A DNA stretch of 64,000 nt from a virus (taxonomy: Duplodnaviria > Caudoviricetes). The DNA lies in IMG/VR virus record IMGVR_UViG_651703101_000001, positions 1 to 64,000 of that record; one strand, written 5' to 3'. Positions 21,502-31,337 of the stretch are shown in pieces. The translations under genes were made by a program, and so were the position numbers. The stretch's first letter is position 1; each line of letters starts with the position of its first letter. Below the pieces are notes generated by a model. The model did not search any database. It was not told the origin of the DNA and saw nothing but the letters and a program-made list of their open reading frames with translations.

Positions 21502-22250
21502 TGAGCTTCATACTAGGTAGATACGGAAATACACCACCTCCAATATTTCCTCCAGATTTATTCATAGCTCACATGACAGGTCTTGATGGATCTGTTCTGT
21601 TTCCAGATTCTAGCATCTATGGACTAGTCGGAACCCCTTCTGGTGGTGCAGAAATTACAAATGACCAACTATTATTTGGTCAAAATAGTGCCCTATTCAA
21701 TGGAGTAGATTCTTTAGTAAATTTTCCAGACTCGGCTCAATTAGATATTAATACAATTGACGAGTGGACTCTACAATGCTGGGTATATTGCAATTCATTC
21801 AGTAGTAACATGACAATAATCAGTAAGGGTAATTCATTTCCAGGAAGTGGAGAGGGATGGGGATTAGAATGTGGATTGGCAGGTACTTTCTTAGATTTTT
21901 ATATTGGTGATGAATACTATGGTGATAATATAAGTTCTCTTGGTCCATTATCCGGCGTATGGAATCACGTCGAGGTTACTGAATTGAATTCAGTAATTAC
22001 TTTATTTTTTAATGGAAACTTAGTGGCATATTCTCCAGCGTTTCCTTCTAGTTCTCATGTTGGAGACATGTTAATTGGTCGTGATTTAGACTCGAATTAT
22101 CCTTTTGATGGACACATAAGAGAAGTAGTTATTTCACCTAGATCCATTCATGGTGGAATATTAGATGGTCTTACTAACTCCGAAAAAGATGCTCTAGCTG
22201 CACTGGGTCCTATATTTACACCTCCAACTGCACCTTGGCCAGATCCATAA
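21501..22250 (+). CDS. LamG/concanavalin A-like domain protein (putative receptor-binding tip)
   Basis: FG..SALFNG, WTLQCWVY, WNHVEV, LFFNG, FDGHIREV.IS and FTPPTAP motifs; translationally coupled (TAATG). Confidence 0.8.
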   Translation: MSFILGRYGNTPPPIFPPDLFIAHMTGLDGSVLFPDSSIYGLVGTPSGGAEITNDQLLFGQNSALFNGVDSLVNFPDSAQLDINTIDEWTLQCWVYCNSFSSNMTIISKGNSFPGSGEGWGLECGLAGTFLDFYIGDEYYGDNISSLGPLSGVWNHVEVTELNSVITLFFNGNLVAYSPAFPSSSHVGDMLIGRDLDSNYPFDGHIREVVISPRSIHGGILDGLTNSEKDALAALGPIFTPPTAPWPDP

Positions 22251-22284
22251 AATAACATAAATATAATTATACTAATAAGTTCAT

Positions 22285-22533
22285 ATGGCACTTAATTTTC
22301 CAAACAGCCCATCTGATGGTGATACATGGGTTGATCCATCTAACGGAACTCAATATGTATATGTTGCAGCAACAACATCATGGCGAGTATCTGGTGTTGC
22401 TGGTGTCGGAACAGTTACATCAGTAACTATTAACGGAACTAATGGAATTGTTCCTGTTTCTGGAAATCCAATCGTCGATGTTGGAACGATAGTTCTTTCT
22501 TTTAATATTGCTTCATTAGCTGTATTACCTTAA
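22285..22533 (+). CDS. Minimal 82-aa fibre adaptor (MALNFP N-module plus FNIASLAVLP C-terminus)
   Basis: Late promoter at 22258-22263; both ends paralogous to ORF 20154. Confidence 0.7.
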   Translation: MALNFPNSPSDGDTWVDPSNGTQYVYVAATTSWRVSGVAGVGTVTSVTINGTNGIVPVSGNPIVDVGTIVLSFNIASLAVLP

Positions 22534-22560
22534 CACTAAATAAGAAAAAGCAAGATATCT

Positions 22561-23325
22561 ATGCCTTTACTAGATACTGACCAATTAGTTGTCGCAAGAT
22601 CGGGAACCAACTATAGAATGTCAGCGGAAGAATTAAAAACTTACGCAGGCGGATTGGCAGTAGTCGGTCCCACAGCCCCTAGTAGTCCTGCAACAGGAAG
22701 ACTATGGTATAACACAACTTCCGGTAGACTTAATATATTTAATGGTACGGCTTGGGTAGATGCATCTCCGTCAGTTGGTGGGGGCGGATCAGTTGCACCA
22801 GGAACAGTTGCGTTTATTGCAGGAAACTTTGCGCCTGCAGGTTGGTTGAAAGCCAACGGAGCAATACTCACTCGTTCTGTATATTCTGATCTATTTGCAG
22901 CAATTGGTACAACTTTTGGAGCTGGAAATGGATCCACAACATTTGCAATTCCAGATCTCCGTGGTGAATTTATAAGATGTTGGGCTGATGGCCGAGCTGC
23001 TGGTACATGGCCAGAAGGAAGTAGAGTATTTGGTACATTCCAAAACGAATCATTCTTAAACCATGGCCATGGCGTTAATGACCCAAGCCATGCTCATGGT
23101 GTATTCGATCCGGGGCACACTCATGGTTATGCTCGCCAAGACTGGGGTGCACCAGCCAATATCGGTATTCAATATATTGTAGGTCAAGCTCAAAACTCAC
23201 AAACTGCACCATCCGGCACCGGTATTGGTATTTTTGGAAATTTCACTGGTATTTCTATTCAAGCAAATGGTGGAAATGAAACCAGACCACGTAACATTGC
23301 CCTGTTGGCCATTATTAAATTCTAA
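22561..23325 (+). CDS. Phage tail-collar domain fibre protein
   Basis: APAGWLKANGA..SR..YSDLFAAIGTTFGAGNGSTTF.IPDLRGEFIR and ETRPRNIALL.IIKF; late promoter at 22537-22542. Confidence 0.88.
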   Translation: MPLLDTDQLVVARSGTNYRMSAEELKTYAGGLAVVGPTAPSSPATGRLWYNTTSGRLNIFNGTAWVDASPSVGGGGSVAPGTVAFIAGNFAPAGWLKANGAILTRSVYSDLFAAIGTTFGAGNGSTTFAIPDLRGEFIRCWADGRAAGTWPEGSRVFGTFQNESFLNHGHGVNDPSHAHGVFDPGHTHGYARQDWGAPANIGIQYIVGQAQNSQTAPSGTGIGIFGNFTGISIQANGGNETRPRNIALLAIIKF

Positions 23326-23328
23326 ACT

Positions 23329-23850
23329 ATGAAAATTTATAATTACGATCCAATTAGCGGAATATACACAGGAGAAAGTCTTGCTGACGAGTCTCCGTTA
23401 GAGCCTGGTGTATTTTTAATTCCTGCAAATGCGACAAAAGTTAAACCACCAAATGCTACACAAAATAGACAAGTAGTTTGGAAAAATAATAGATGGAGAG
23501 TTGAACAAAAACCAGTATCAGTTCCTCTTCCAAGTGCACCAACACCAGCTCCACCTGAATTTCAGCTTCAAGATTTTCTAAATGCTGTTATTTCTGGTCC
23601 ATTATATCAAAAAGTATTACAGCAAGCTTCTGAATCTCCACCTATTTCTGTAGCATATACGTCTCTTATGGGTGCACTAATACTTGGGGCATCAACAAAT
23701 AGACCGAATGTACTTGCAATTCAATCTGGATTTCAATCTTTACTTGAATTGATGACAATTAGTCGAGAAGAAGTACAGTCCTTGATTGAACTGGTCGATC
23801 AGTTTAACTTGAGTTCAATTATTCAAATTCAATTGCCATCTAATCAGTAA
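23329..23850 (+). CDS. Tail fibre assembly chaperone (Tfa-like N-terminus)
   Basis: IYNYDP..G.Y.GES.ADESPLEPGVFLIPANAT...PP; directly follows the collar gene. Confidence 0.75.
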   Translation: MKIYNYDPISGIYTGESLADESPLEPGVFLIPANATKVKPPNATQNRQVVWKNNRWRVEQKPVSVPLPSAPTPAPPEFQLQDFLNAVISGPLYQKVLQQASESPPISVAYTSLMGALILGASTNRPNVLAIQSGFQSLLELMTISREEVQSLIELVDQFNLSSIIQIQLPSNQ

Positions 23851-23854
23851 AGCC

Positions 23855-24832
23855 ATGCCACTTCAAGACACAGATAATTTTATCGTCTCCAGATCCGGTA
23901 CCAATCATAAAATGCCAGCATCAGAATTGGTAGATTATATTGATACGGCCAATGAAGCTCTATACGTCAATATTGACGGTGACACCATGACTGGGAACTT
24001 GAACCTTCCAAGTCAGAACGGTGGTCAGTTAGCAGGGTTCAGAAATGTATTGATCAATGGTGCTATGAATTTGAACTTTAGATATGGCCTGTCAGTTACA
24101 CCTGGATTTACTGGTGGTTTATATGTAACTGACAGATGGGCAGCTACTGCAACTGGAGCCGCTTTGACTTCTCAAACTCTTGTTACGGACCAAAGAGCAC
24201 GTCAAGTCATTTATGGAGCAGCAGGAAATACTGGTGCCACATTCTTACAGAGGATCGAGTCAGTTAATGCATTAGCACTTCGTAATCGCGATGTGACTCT
24301 CTCAGTTGATCTAGCCCATAGTTCACTTACTACTGTTACATGGACAGCGTTTTACCCAAATACGAATGATGTATTTACTACTTGGAATACTATTGCAACT
24401 GGAACCTTTACAGTCAACTCAACTCTGACACGATATAGTGCAACATTCAACATGGGTGACTTTGCATGGAGAGGTGTTGAAATCAGATTCACTGTTGCTG
24501 GTATGGGTGCTGGAACTACTTGGACGATTCGTGATGCACAACTTGAACCAGGAACTGTGGCTACACCATTTGAACGTAGAGATTATGGTCTCGAATGTCT
24601 TTTATCACACAGATATTTTTTTAATGGTATTACTGGGGCCAATCTAAATCCAAACTCAACAACCGCAAATATTTCATTTAATGCATTCTTCCCGGTAATA
24701 ATGAGAACTGTACCAACTATTTCTGGCTGGACTCCTTCATTTGTTAACCTATATGGGTGGACAGGTTTCCAAAATACACTTGGATTCAATTGGGCCGGAA
24801 ACATTGCTTATAGGGCCGAGGCTGAACTATGA
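23855..24832 (+). CDS. Tail fibre protein with carbohydrate-binding-like jelly roll
   Basis: NGGQLAGFRN.LING, DRW, QRIES, QLE.G.VATPFE.R.YG.E..L..RYF and MR..PT motifs; N-terminus paralogous to ORF 22561. Confidence 0.8.
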   Translation: MPLQDTDNFIVSRSGTNHKMPASELVDYIDTANEALYVNIDGDTMTGNLNLPSQNGGQLAGFRNVLINGAMNLNFRYGLSVTPGFTGGLYVTDRWAATATGAALTSQTLVTDQRARQVIYGAAGNTGATFLQRIESVNALALRNRDVTLSVDLAHSSLTTVTWTAFYPNTNDVFTTWNTIATGTFTVNSTLTRYSATFNMGDFAWRGVEIRFTVAGMGAGTTWTIRDAQLEPGTVATPFERRDYGLECLLSHRYFFNGITGANLNPNSTTANISFNAFFPVIMRTVPTISGWTPSFVNLYGWTGFQNTLGFNWAGNIAYRAEAEL

Positions 24833-25227
24833 AATATCAATTTAATTTCACTATTAGTGCAGGTTTGCCATTCAGTAGAAATTTCTATTTGACTGAAGCT
24901 GACAATTCTCCATTAAATATAACTGGAGCAACGGTCACAGCGCACCTAGCCAAACATGCTAGGGCCATATTTGCAACAGATTCGACCGCAGACTTAACAT
25001 ATTATAATTACATTCCTTTTACTTGTGTCATTGAAGATGGAGAAAATGGAATATTTTCTCTTAATATGACTGCTGATCAAACAATATTACTAGAAGAAGG
25101 CAAATATACATATTTTGCACTGATTACAGACGCAAACGGAGATCCACTAGAAGAAGTTGTATCTGGAATTATTTTTGTTGATTTTGCAATGAATCCGGCT
25201 TTGGGACAAATAGGGCCCCAAAATTGA
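24829..25227 (+). CDS. Small structural protein, BppU/Ig-like adaptor
   Basis: G..FSR.F.L......PLNITG.T......K, G.FSL.MTADQT..LEEGKY.Y and V.SG.I.V; ATGA overlap with upstream gene. Confidence 0.65.
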   Translation: MKYQFNFTISAGLPFSRNFYLTEADNSPLNITGATVTAHLAKHARAIFATDSTADLTYYNYIPFTCVIEDGENGIFSLNMTADQTILLEEGKYTYFALITDANGDPLEEVVSGIIFVDFAMNPALGQIGPQN

Positions 25228-25263
25228 GATACATTTACTAAATAGAGTAAACATAAGGGTTTT

Positions 25264-27000
25264 ATGTCGCTCTTCAAAAAGACTAAAGTTATAGGTAGTT
25301 TAGGCATTTCCCCTACTATCACAAATAAGACAATATTTTCTGATGTAGAACCCACAGAAAGAGAAAATGGTGGAGATTTAAGATCTGGAGATCGTTGGGT
25401 CAATACTTTAGATAGTACAGAATCAGTCTGGAGTGAAGATATACTTCCAGATGGCGCCTGGATATTAATATCATCCAATTCGACAGAAACAGGGCCTCAA
25501 GGATTCCAGGGAGATCAGGGCCCCCAAGGTGTTGCAGGAAGTAATGGAACTCAAGGCCCACAAGGATTTCAAGGGGCCGATGGAATTAACGGAACTCAAG
25601 GTCCGCAAGGTTTTCAGGGCGCAAACGGAATTGACGGTACTCAAGGGCCTCAAGGAAATGCAGGAAGTAACGGAACTCAAGGTCCACAAGGATTTCAAGG
25701 TGTTGGGGGTAATAATGGATCTCAGGGCCCTCAAGGTTTTCAGGGAAATCAAGGATTAAGAGGATTTCAAGGTTTTCAAGGTGATATTGGTGCACAGGGC
25801 TCTAGAGGATTCCAGGGTGATCAGGGTCCGCAAGGATTTACTGGACTTCAAGGTTCACAAGGTGCACAAGGTTCACAAGGCCTTCGTGGTTTTCAAGGGT
25901 TTCAAGGAAACCAAGGAGACTCAGGTACTCAAGGCCCTAGAGGATTCCAAGGATTTCAAGGTGATACTGGACCTCAAGGTGTAACTGGCGTAGGTACTCA
26001 AGGCCCTAGAGGATTCCAAGGATTTCAAGGTGATACTGGACCTCAAGGAACTCAGGGAGTTGCGGGAAATACAGGAACTCAAGGACCCCAAGGATTTCAA
26101 GGGAATCAAGGTGTTGCTGGTTCTAACGGAACTCAAGGACCCCAAGGATTTCAAGGGAATCAAGGTGTTGCTGGTTCTAACGGAACTCAAGGACCCCAAG
26201 GATTTCAAGGGAATCAAGGTGTTGCTGGTTCTAACGGAACTCAAGGGCCCCAAGGTTTCCAAGGAAATGCAGGGAGTAACGGAACTCCAGGCCCCCAAGG
26301 ATTTCAAGGTGTTGCTGGAAGTAATGGAACCCAAGGTCCCCAAGGATTTCAAGGAAATGCAGGAAGTAACGGAACTCAAGGTCCTCAAGGTTTCCAAGGA
26401 AATGCAGGCTCTCAAGGTCCCCAAGGATTTCAAGGAAATGCAGGAAGTAACGGAACTCAAGGTCCCCAAGGATTTCAAGGTGTTGCTGGAAGTAACGGAA
26501 CTCAAGGTCCTCAAGGTTTCCAAGGAAATGCAGGAAGTAACGGAACTCAAGGTCCACAAGGATTTCAAGGGAATCAAGGTGCAACTGGTTCCGGTACTCA
26601 AGGACCACAAGGTGCTCCTGGTGTAGGAACACCAGGCCCTCAAGGTTTTCAAGGCCCTCAAGGTCCACAGGGAGGTGGTGGAGGGAGTGGATATGTTTAT
26701 ACATATTCAGATACAGAACCAACTAGTCCAAACCCAGGAGATGAATGGACAGATAGTTCTGATCCTAAATTACCAACTTATAGGTATATTGATGATGGTA
26801 ATACTGCCCAATGGGTAGAATTAGTTGTAAGTGGTCAAGCTGGACCACAAGGTGATCAGGGCGATCCTGGAATTTTTACGGGAACACCTTCGTTTATACA
26901 ATCAACACAACCAACTCTATTGGAGTTGAATGGAAATGATAAATACATTTGGTGGGATACATCTAACGGATTAACTCTTTGGATAGAGGACGGAACATAA
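25264..27000 (+). CDS. Long collagen-like fibre protein (about 390 aa of G-X-Y)
   Basis: Continuous GPQ/GFQ/GNQ/GTQ/GSN triplets; late promoter at 25239-25244. Confidence 0.9.
   Translation: MSLFKKTKVIGSLGISPTITNKTIFSDVEPTERENGGDLRSGDRWVNTLDSTESVWSEDILPDGAWILISSNSTETGPQGFQGDQGPQGVAGSNGTQGPQGFQGADGINGTQGPQGFQGANGIDGTQGPQGNAGSNGTQGPQGFQGVGGNNGSQGPQGFQGNQGLRGFQGFQGDIGAQGSRGFQGDQGPQGFTGLQGSQGAQGSQGLRGFQGFQGNQGDSGTQGPRGFQGFQGDTGPQGVTGVGTQGPRGFQGFQGDTGPQGTQGVAGNTGTQGPQGFQGNQGVAGSNGTQGPQGFQGNQGVAGSNGTQGPQGFQGNQGVAGSNGTQGPQGFQGNAGSNGTPGPQGFQGVAGSNGTQGPQGFQGNAGSNGTQGPQGFQGNAGSQGPQGFQGNAGSNGTQGPQGFQGVAGSNGTQGPQGFQGNAGSNGTQGPQGFQGNQGATGSGTQGPQGAPGVGTPGPQGFQGPQGPQGGGGGSGYVYTYSDTEPTSPNPGDEWTDSSDPKLPTYRYIDDGNTAQWVELVVSGQAGPQGDQGDPGIFTGTPSFIQSTQPTLLELNGNDKYIWWDTSNGLTLWIEDGT
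26074..26246 (+). repeat. Three identical 54-bp tandem copies ([18 protein letters not shown]) within a larger degenerate collagen repeat region (about 25490-26670)
   Basis: ggaactcaaggaccccaaggatttcaagggaatcaaggtgttgctggttctaac x3 plus a partial copy. Confidence 0.9.
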
Positions 27001-27002
27001 AA

Positions 27003-27299
27003 ATGGCTCTTAGAAACGCATTTGGAAATTTAACAACTGAAGGAATTTCCTTAAGATTAAATCAAATTGCAGGAAATCTTGCACCTCTTGGACTGGCTTT
27101 TGACCCAAGCACTGGACTTCTTCGTTGTACTGTAATATCAGGAACTGTTGCTGTCAGCACACTGCCTACTCTGGGAACAGTTACTACAGTTACAACATTA
27201 AGTAACCAAACAAACATTGGTAATATCTCTGCCTCTTCTATGGTAATCGATTCCATGAATACTGCATGGGCATCAAATGTTAGGTCCCGTATCAACTAA
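27003..27299 (+). CDS. Small Thr-rich fibre-associated protein
   Basis: ATG at 27003 (MALRNAFG...); TLPTLGTVTTVTTLSNQTNIG beta-repeat. Confidence 0.65.
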   Translation: MALRNAFGNLTTEGISLRLNQIAGNLAPLGLAFDPSTGLLRCTVISGTVAVSTLPTLGTVTTVTTLSNQTNIGNISASSMVIDSMNTAWASNVRSRIN

Positions 27300-27308
27300 T
27301 TAAAAGAA

Positions 27309-28844
27309 ATGACTACTACTTTAAACTTCAAAGATAATATTGACCAGTTCACCTGGAGATTCGCAGCACCAGCTATTTCTGCGATGGCCGCTGGTGGTTG
27401 TGTGGCATGGGACAATAGAAATAGTAATAGAAATACACCATATAATTATATTTTGAATGGCGCAGCATTATTTTCTGCTTATTCTCCACTGACTAACGAA
27501 TTCATTCCCCTACCATCACCGGCACTTGCAGGTACTTTTGGTGCTGGTGCGGCATGTGTTATGCACCCAACACAAGGCCCTAGAGGAACTTTAGCCGCTG
27601 GAGCTACCACAACTTCTGTCATACTGACAACTGCATTACCTGCTGCCGTTGCTGCCAATCAATTAGCAAATCGTGGTGATGGTGAAGGTTTCACAATCAG
27701 AATAATTAGTCCATCTTCCGGTAAGACTGAAGCTAGACAAATTATAGCGAATACCGCAGGAACAACTCCTACAATTACTCTTGATTCTGCATTAACTTTT
27801 ACACCAGCAGTTGGTGATTTGTATGAAATTAGATCAGGTCGTGTATATCTACTCAGTGCCGGTACATTAGCTGCTGGTATTTTCAGAGCTTATGATATCG
27901 CAACAAACTCTTATATTACTCTCGCACAAACTAACCTACCTGCTACTATCGGTGGGGACTCTTCGATGGTTGCTTTAAGTGAAGGCCATTGCCCCTCTGA
28001 TGCAACAGATAGTAACGTTGGATATTTTGGAAATATTACATCAGCAGCAGGTAATACATCTACTACAATAAATGCATCTTCTGGTGCCCTTCCTGCTACA
28101 TTATTTGCCAATGAATACAGAAACTTTCAAATTAGAATTATCAACGATCCAACTAACCTAACCTCGGTTGGACAAAGGCGTAGAATTACCTCCCATACAT
28201 CAGGAGCTACCGCTACATTTACCGTCCCTACCTGGACGGTAACTCCTAGTGCTGCGGCAACTTTTGTTATTGAAAACGACGACGATAAGATTTTACTATT
28301 TACTAACCAAACTGCTGTATATAACTATAACATTACTGCAAACACTTGGGATACATCTACTTGGGCTGCTGCGGCTGCGGCTGGTGGTGCTGGAATAGTA
28401 GCGGCGCATTCACATGGAATACTTAGAGATCCTTCTGGCAATGCCAGACATTCATTCATATACAGAATTCGTGGAGGTAACACTAACATTATCGACGTTC
28501 TAGATATTGCTGGTGGTGCTACTGGAGTGTGGTCTTCTGATATTGCATATGGAAATAGAGGTACTTTATTCAATACCGGAACATGCGGAGCTAATGACCC
28601 AATCACAAATGGTGGAAAGTATCTCAATCTAAACATAAACGGAACTCAGCGTCATGCAAGATTTGATATGAGAAATCGTGTGTTAGAACCATTGGCTTTC
28701 TTACATTTTGGTGGTGCTGGTGCTACACACGTAGGCGGAAGACTTGGTATGTGTTATTTCTTTGATGGAGCTACTAAATTAGGAATTCTTAGTAACAATC
28801 TTTGTACATCCACTTCACAAGTACAATTAATACTACAGAAGTAA
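27309..28844 (+). CDS. Putative receptor-binding protein (Ala/Thr/Gly-rich, beta-propeller/Kelch-like)
   Basis: Repeated Y.I..N.W/Y blade-like motifs and duplicated IRII...G..R.I..(N/H)T.G segments. Confidence 0.6.
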   Translation: MTTTLNFKDNIDQFTWRFAAPAISAMAAGGCVAWDNRNSNRNTPYNYILNGAALFSAYSPLTNEFIPLPSPALAGTFGAGAACVMHPTQGPRGTLAAGATTTSVILTTALPAAVAANQLANRGDGEGFTIRIISPSSGKTEARQIIANTAGTTPTITLDSALTFTPAVGDLYEIRSGRVYLLSAGTLAAGIFRAYDIATNSYITLAQTNLPATIGGDSSMVALSEGHCPSDATDSNVGYFGNITSAAGNTSTTINASSGALPATLFANEYRNFQIRIINDPTNLTSVGQRRRITSHTSGATATFTVPTWTVTPSAAATFVIENDDDKILLFTNQTAVYNYNITANTWDTSTWAAAAAAGGAGIVAAHSHGILRDPSGNARHSFIYRIRGGNTNIIDVLDIAGGATGVWSSDIAYGNRGTLFNTGTCGANDPITNGGKYLNLNINGTQRHARFDMRNRVLEPLAFLHFGGAGATHVGGRLGMCYFFDGATKLGILSNNLCTSTSQVQLILQK

Positions 28845-28845
28845 T

Positions 28846-29976
28846 ATGTTTGATTTTCCACTATCTCCGGTACTCAATCAAGTATACACTGAAGGTGACA
28901 GGTCATGGACCTGGAATGGAAAGTCTTGGGTTGCCATAGTAAGTATTGGTGATCAAGGAGAACCTGGAGTACAAGGTCCTCAAGGTTTTCAGGGAAATCA
29001 AGGTTCTCAAGGTATAGCTGGAAGTAACGGAACTCAAGGCCCACAAGGTTTCCAAGGTGTTGCTGGTTCTAACGGAACTCAAGGTCCTCAAGGTTTTCAG
29101 GGAAATCAAGGTTCTCAAGGTATAGCTGGAAGTAACGGAACTCAAGGCCCACAAGGTTTCCAAGGTGTTGCTGGTTCTAACGGAACTCAAGGTCCTCAAG
29201 GATTCCAGGGATCCCAAGGTATAGCTGGAAGTAACGGAACTCAAGGCCCACAAGGTTTCCAAGGTGTTGCTGGTTCTAACGGAACTCAAGGTCCTCAAGG
29301 ATTCCAGGGAAATCAAGGAACTCAAGGTATAGCTGGAACTCAAGGCCCTCAAGGTTTTCAAGGTTTTCAAGGTTCTTCAGGTGCATCTGGATATACATAT
29401 TCACCAACTGCACCATCTAGTCCAAATGTAGGTGATGAGTGGACAAATAGTGATGATCCAAGACTACCTACTTATAGATATATTAATGATGGAAATACTA
29501 CACAATGGGTCGAACTAAACGCATCTGGAGAATCTGGACCACAAGGAACTCAGGGTGTTCAGGGAGTACAAGGAACTCAAGGAGCACAAGGTCCACAAGG
29601 CGTTCCAGGTAGTGTAATGCGTTTGTGTATTGCTGCCTCCGATGAATCCACTGCGCTAACTACGGGAAATAATAGAGTTAGGTTCAGGATGCCAAGAGCT
29701 ATGACTGTTACGGAAGTTAGAGCAACGGTAAATACTGCACCTACTGGATCTACATTAATTGTAGATATCAATGAAGGAGACACACCAGTATCTATACTAA
29801 GTACAAAGATTTCAATCGATGCTACAGAATTTAGTAGTGTTACTGCTGCTGTTCCTCCAGTTATATCAGATACTTCATTAGCTAATGATGCGTTGATATC
29901 AATTGATATTGATCAAATTGGTGCTACTGTTCCCGGTGCTGGATTAAAAGTTTGGATAATAGGAGTTGAAGCATGA
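28846..29976 (+). CDS. Collagen-like fibre protein with MFDFP N-module and C-terminal 'SDEST' adaptor domain
   Basis: G-X-Y runs; GDEWT..DP.LPTYRYI.DGNT.QWVEL shared with ORF 25264; C-terminus shared with ORF 20791. Confidence 0.85.
   Translation: MFDFPLSPVLNQVYTEGDRSWTWNGKSWVAIVSIGDQGEPGVQGPQGFQGNQGSQGIAGSNGTQGPQGFQGVAGSNGTQGPQGFQGNQGSQGIAGSNGTQGPQGFQGVAGSNGTQGPQGFQGSQGIAGSNGTQGPQGFQGVAGSNGTQGPQGFQGNQGTQGIAGTQGPQGFQGFQGSSGASGYTYSPTAPSSPNVGDEWTNSDDPRLPTYRYINDGNTTQWVELNASGESGPQGTQGVQGVQGTQGAQGPQGVPGSVMRLCIAASDESTALTTGNNRVRFRMPRAMTVTEVRATVNTAPTGSTLIVDINEGDTPVSILSTKISIDATEFSSVTAAVPPVISDTSLANDALISIDIDQIGATVPGAGLKVWIIGVEA
28972..29300 (+). repeat. 108-bp tandem duplication plus a slightly shortened third copy in the collagen region
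   Basis: caaggtcctcaaggttttcagggaaatcaaggttctcaaggtatagctgga...aacggaact repeated at about 28972 and 29080. Confidence 0.85.
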
Positions 29977-30791
29977 GTTTAATTATTATAAATCCTTTTA
30001 GATTTAACTCATTAGATGCTGATGCTCAGAACTATATTGATCGCGTGGAGTCCGCTGATGGATCTGCATTGGAATCGACAACCAAGAATGCAATATTTCA
30101 ACTGTTTGCTGATCTCAAGGCTACAAGAACATGGAGATCGAATTCAATTACACTATGGGATAAGATTGGTTATTGCTTACCTTTGTGTGGACCTAGGACA
30201 ATTGCTGGCGCAATGATTCCTCTAGAGAATTTAACAGCATCTACTGCATCTGGTACTGCTTCAATGAACTGGAATCGTAAAACTGGTCTGGCTGCACTGA
30301 ACACTACCAATACACCCAGAGTTGATATTCCTTACGCTGATAATAATAATGACGCAAATGATAGTTCGATTGCTGTAAAATTAACGTCAGCTACTACTAC
30401 AGGAACCACAGGAACCCTAGTAAGTTGCAATGGAACGGGAACTAAGAGAGAAATACATAGAAACTCTACAACTAACGATATAATGGTAGGTCAGAGCACA
30501 ACAGAAGAAACTATTTCTACCGGAACAGCAAGAACTGTGGGGTGGCGAGGTCTTACTAGAATAGTTAATACTGAATTCACCGCAAGAGTTTTGGGCACAG
30601 ACTACCTAAGAACAAGAACTTCTGTCGGGACTTCCACATCCAACTTCCGAATGTTTTATAGAACCAATGGACTTCAATTTATTGGAAATAACGGAAGACT
30701 ACAAGGATTGCAGATAGGAGCCGATCTAGATCTAGCTGCGTATGAATCAGTTATGGATACATATATTACAGCTATTAACTCTGCGTTCTAA
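29973..30791 (+). CDS. Putative fibre tip/receptor-binding protein
   Basis: IINPFRF..LDADAQNYIDRVE.ADG..LE, L.GPRT..GA.IPL and WNRKTGL; ATGA coupling to the collagen gene. Confidence 0.65.
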   Translation: MSLIIINPFRFNSLDADAQNYIDRVESADGSALESTTKNAIFQLFADLKATRTWRSNSITLWDKIGYCLPLCGPRTIAGAMIPLENLTASTASGTASMNWNRKTGLAALNTTNTPRVDIPYADNNNDANDSSIAVKLTSATTTGTTGTLVSCNGTGTKREIHRNSTTNDIMVGQSTTEETISTGTARTVGWRGLTRIVNTEFTARVLGTDYLRTRTSVGTSTSNFRMFYRTNGLQFIGNNGRLQGLQIGADLDLAAYESVMDTYITAINSAF

Positions 30792-30793
30792 TC

Positions 30794-31315
30794 ATGAAAA
30801 TAATTTACAACACAATTACAAATGAACTGTACAAATACCCTAGAGCAGACGATGAGCCAGTCATTGGGTTATCGTCAGAACTTTTAGTATTTGATGTAAT
30901 TCAAGAACCCGTACCAGCATTGGGAGAAGGATTCTCATATCGTCAAGCAGACCCAGTTATCGATGTTGACAATCAAACTGTGACTTACGGATGGATTGTA
31001 GAAGAAGTGATTTCAGAATCAGAACCAAACTACTTACAGTTTTTAAATGAGGTTATTATTTCACAGGTTTACCAGAAAGCCATCATGCAGGCGATATCTA
31101 ATCCTGTGGTTAATGTCGGATTTACTACGACAATGGGGGCACTTATACTTGCTGCTGGTGGCAATCCAAACCAAGATGGAATTGCTGCTAGTTTTACCAT
31201 GATGTTGAGTCAAATGGTATTAGATCCAGAAGACCTAGAGGAATTATTGTCAGTAGCTCAAAATTCTAATATTCCTCTCGATTTTATTCATAATATCATA
31301 GAAAGTAGACAATAA
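30794..31315 (+). CDS. Putative fibre chaperone; C-terminal half paralogous to ORF 23329
   Basis: YPRADDEPV.GL N-terminus; FLN.VI...YQK...QA...MGALIL shared. Confidence 0.65.
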   Translation: MKIIYNTITNELYKYPRADDEPVIGLSSELLVFDVIQEPVPALGEGFSYRQADPVIDVDNQTVTYGWIVEEVISESEPNYLQFLNEVIISQVYQKAIMQAISNPVVNVGFTTTMGALILAAGGNPNQDGIAASFTMMLSQMVLDPEDLEELLSVAQNSNIPLDFIHNIIESRQ

Positions 31316-31337
31316 ATACAAGAAATTATAGAAGAGA

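Noticed and set aside
18822-24832. Diversity-generating retroelement or invertase shufflon acting on the fibre genes
   Set aside because: No reverse transcriptase or recombinase in the window, no adenine-specific TR/VR pair and no inverted cassettes; the collar paralogs differ at all base types
26074-26246. Regular repeats considered as a CRISPR array
   Set aside because: Contiguous in-frame coding repeats without unique spacers; no cas genes
25471-29370. Long alternative-frame and antisense ORFs over the collagen genes (e.g. 25921-26661, 26030-26626, 28903-29370)
   Set aside because: Shadow ORFs produced by stop-free repetitive G-X-Y codons
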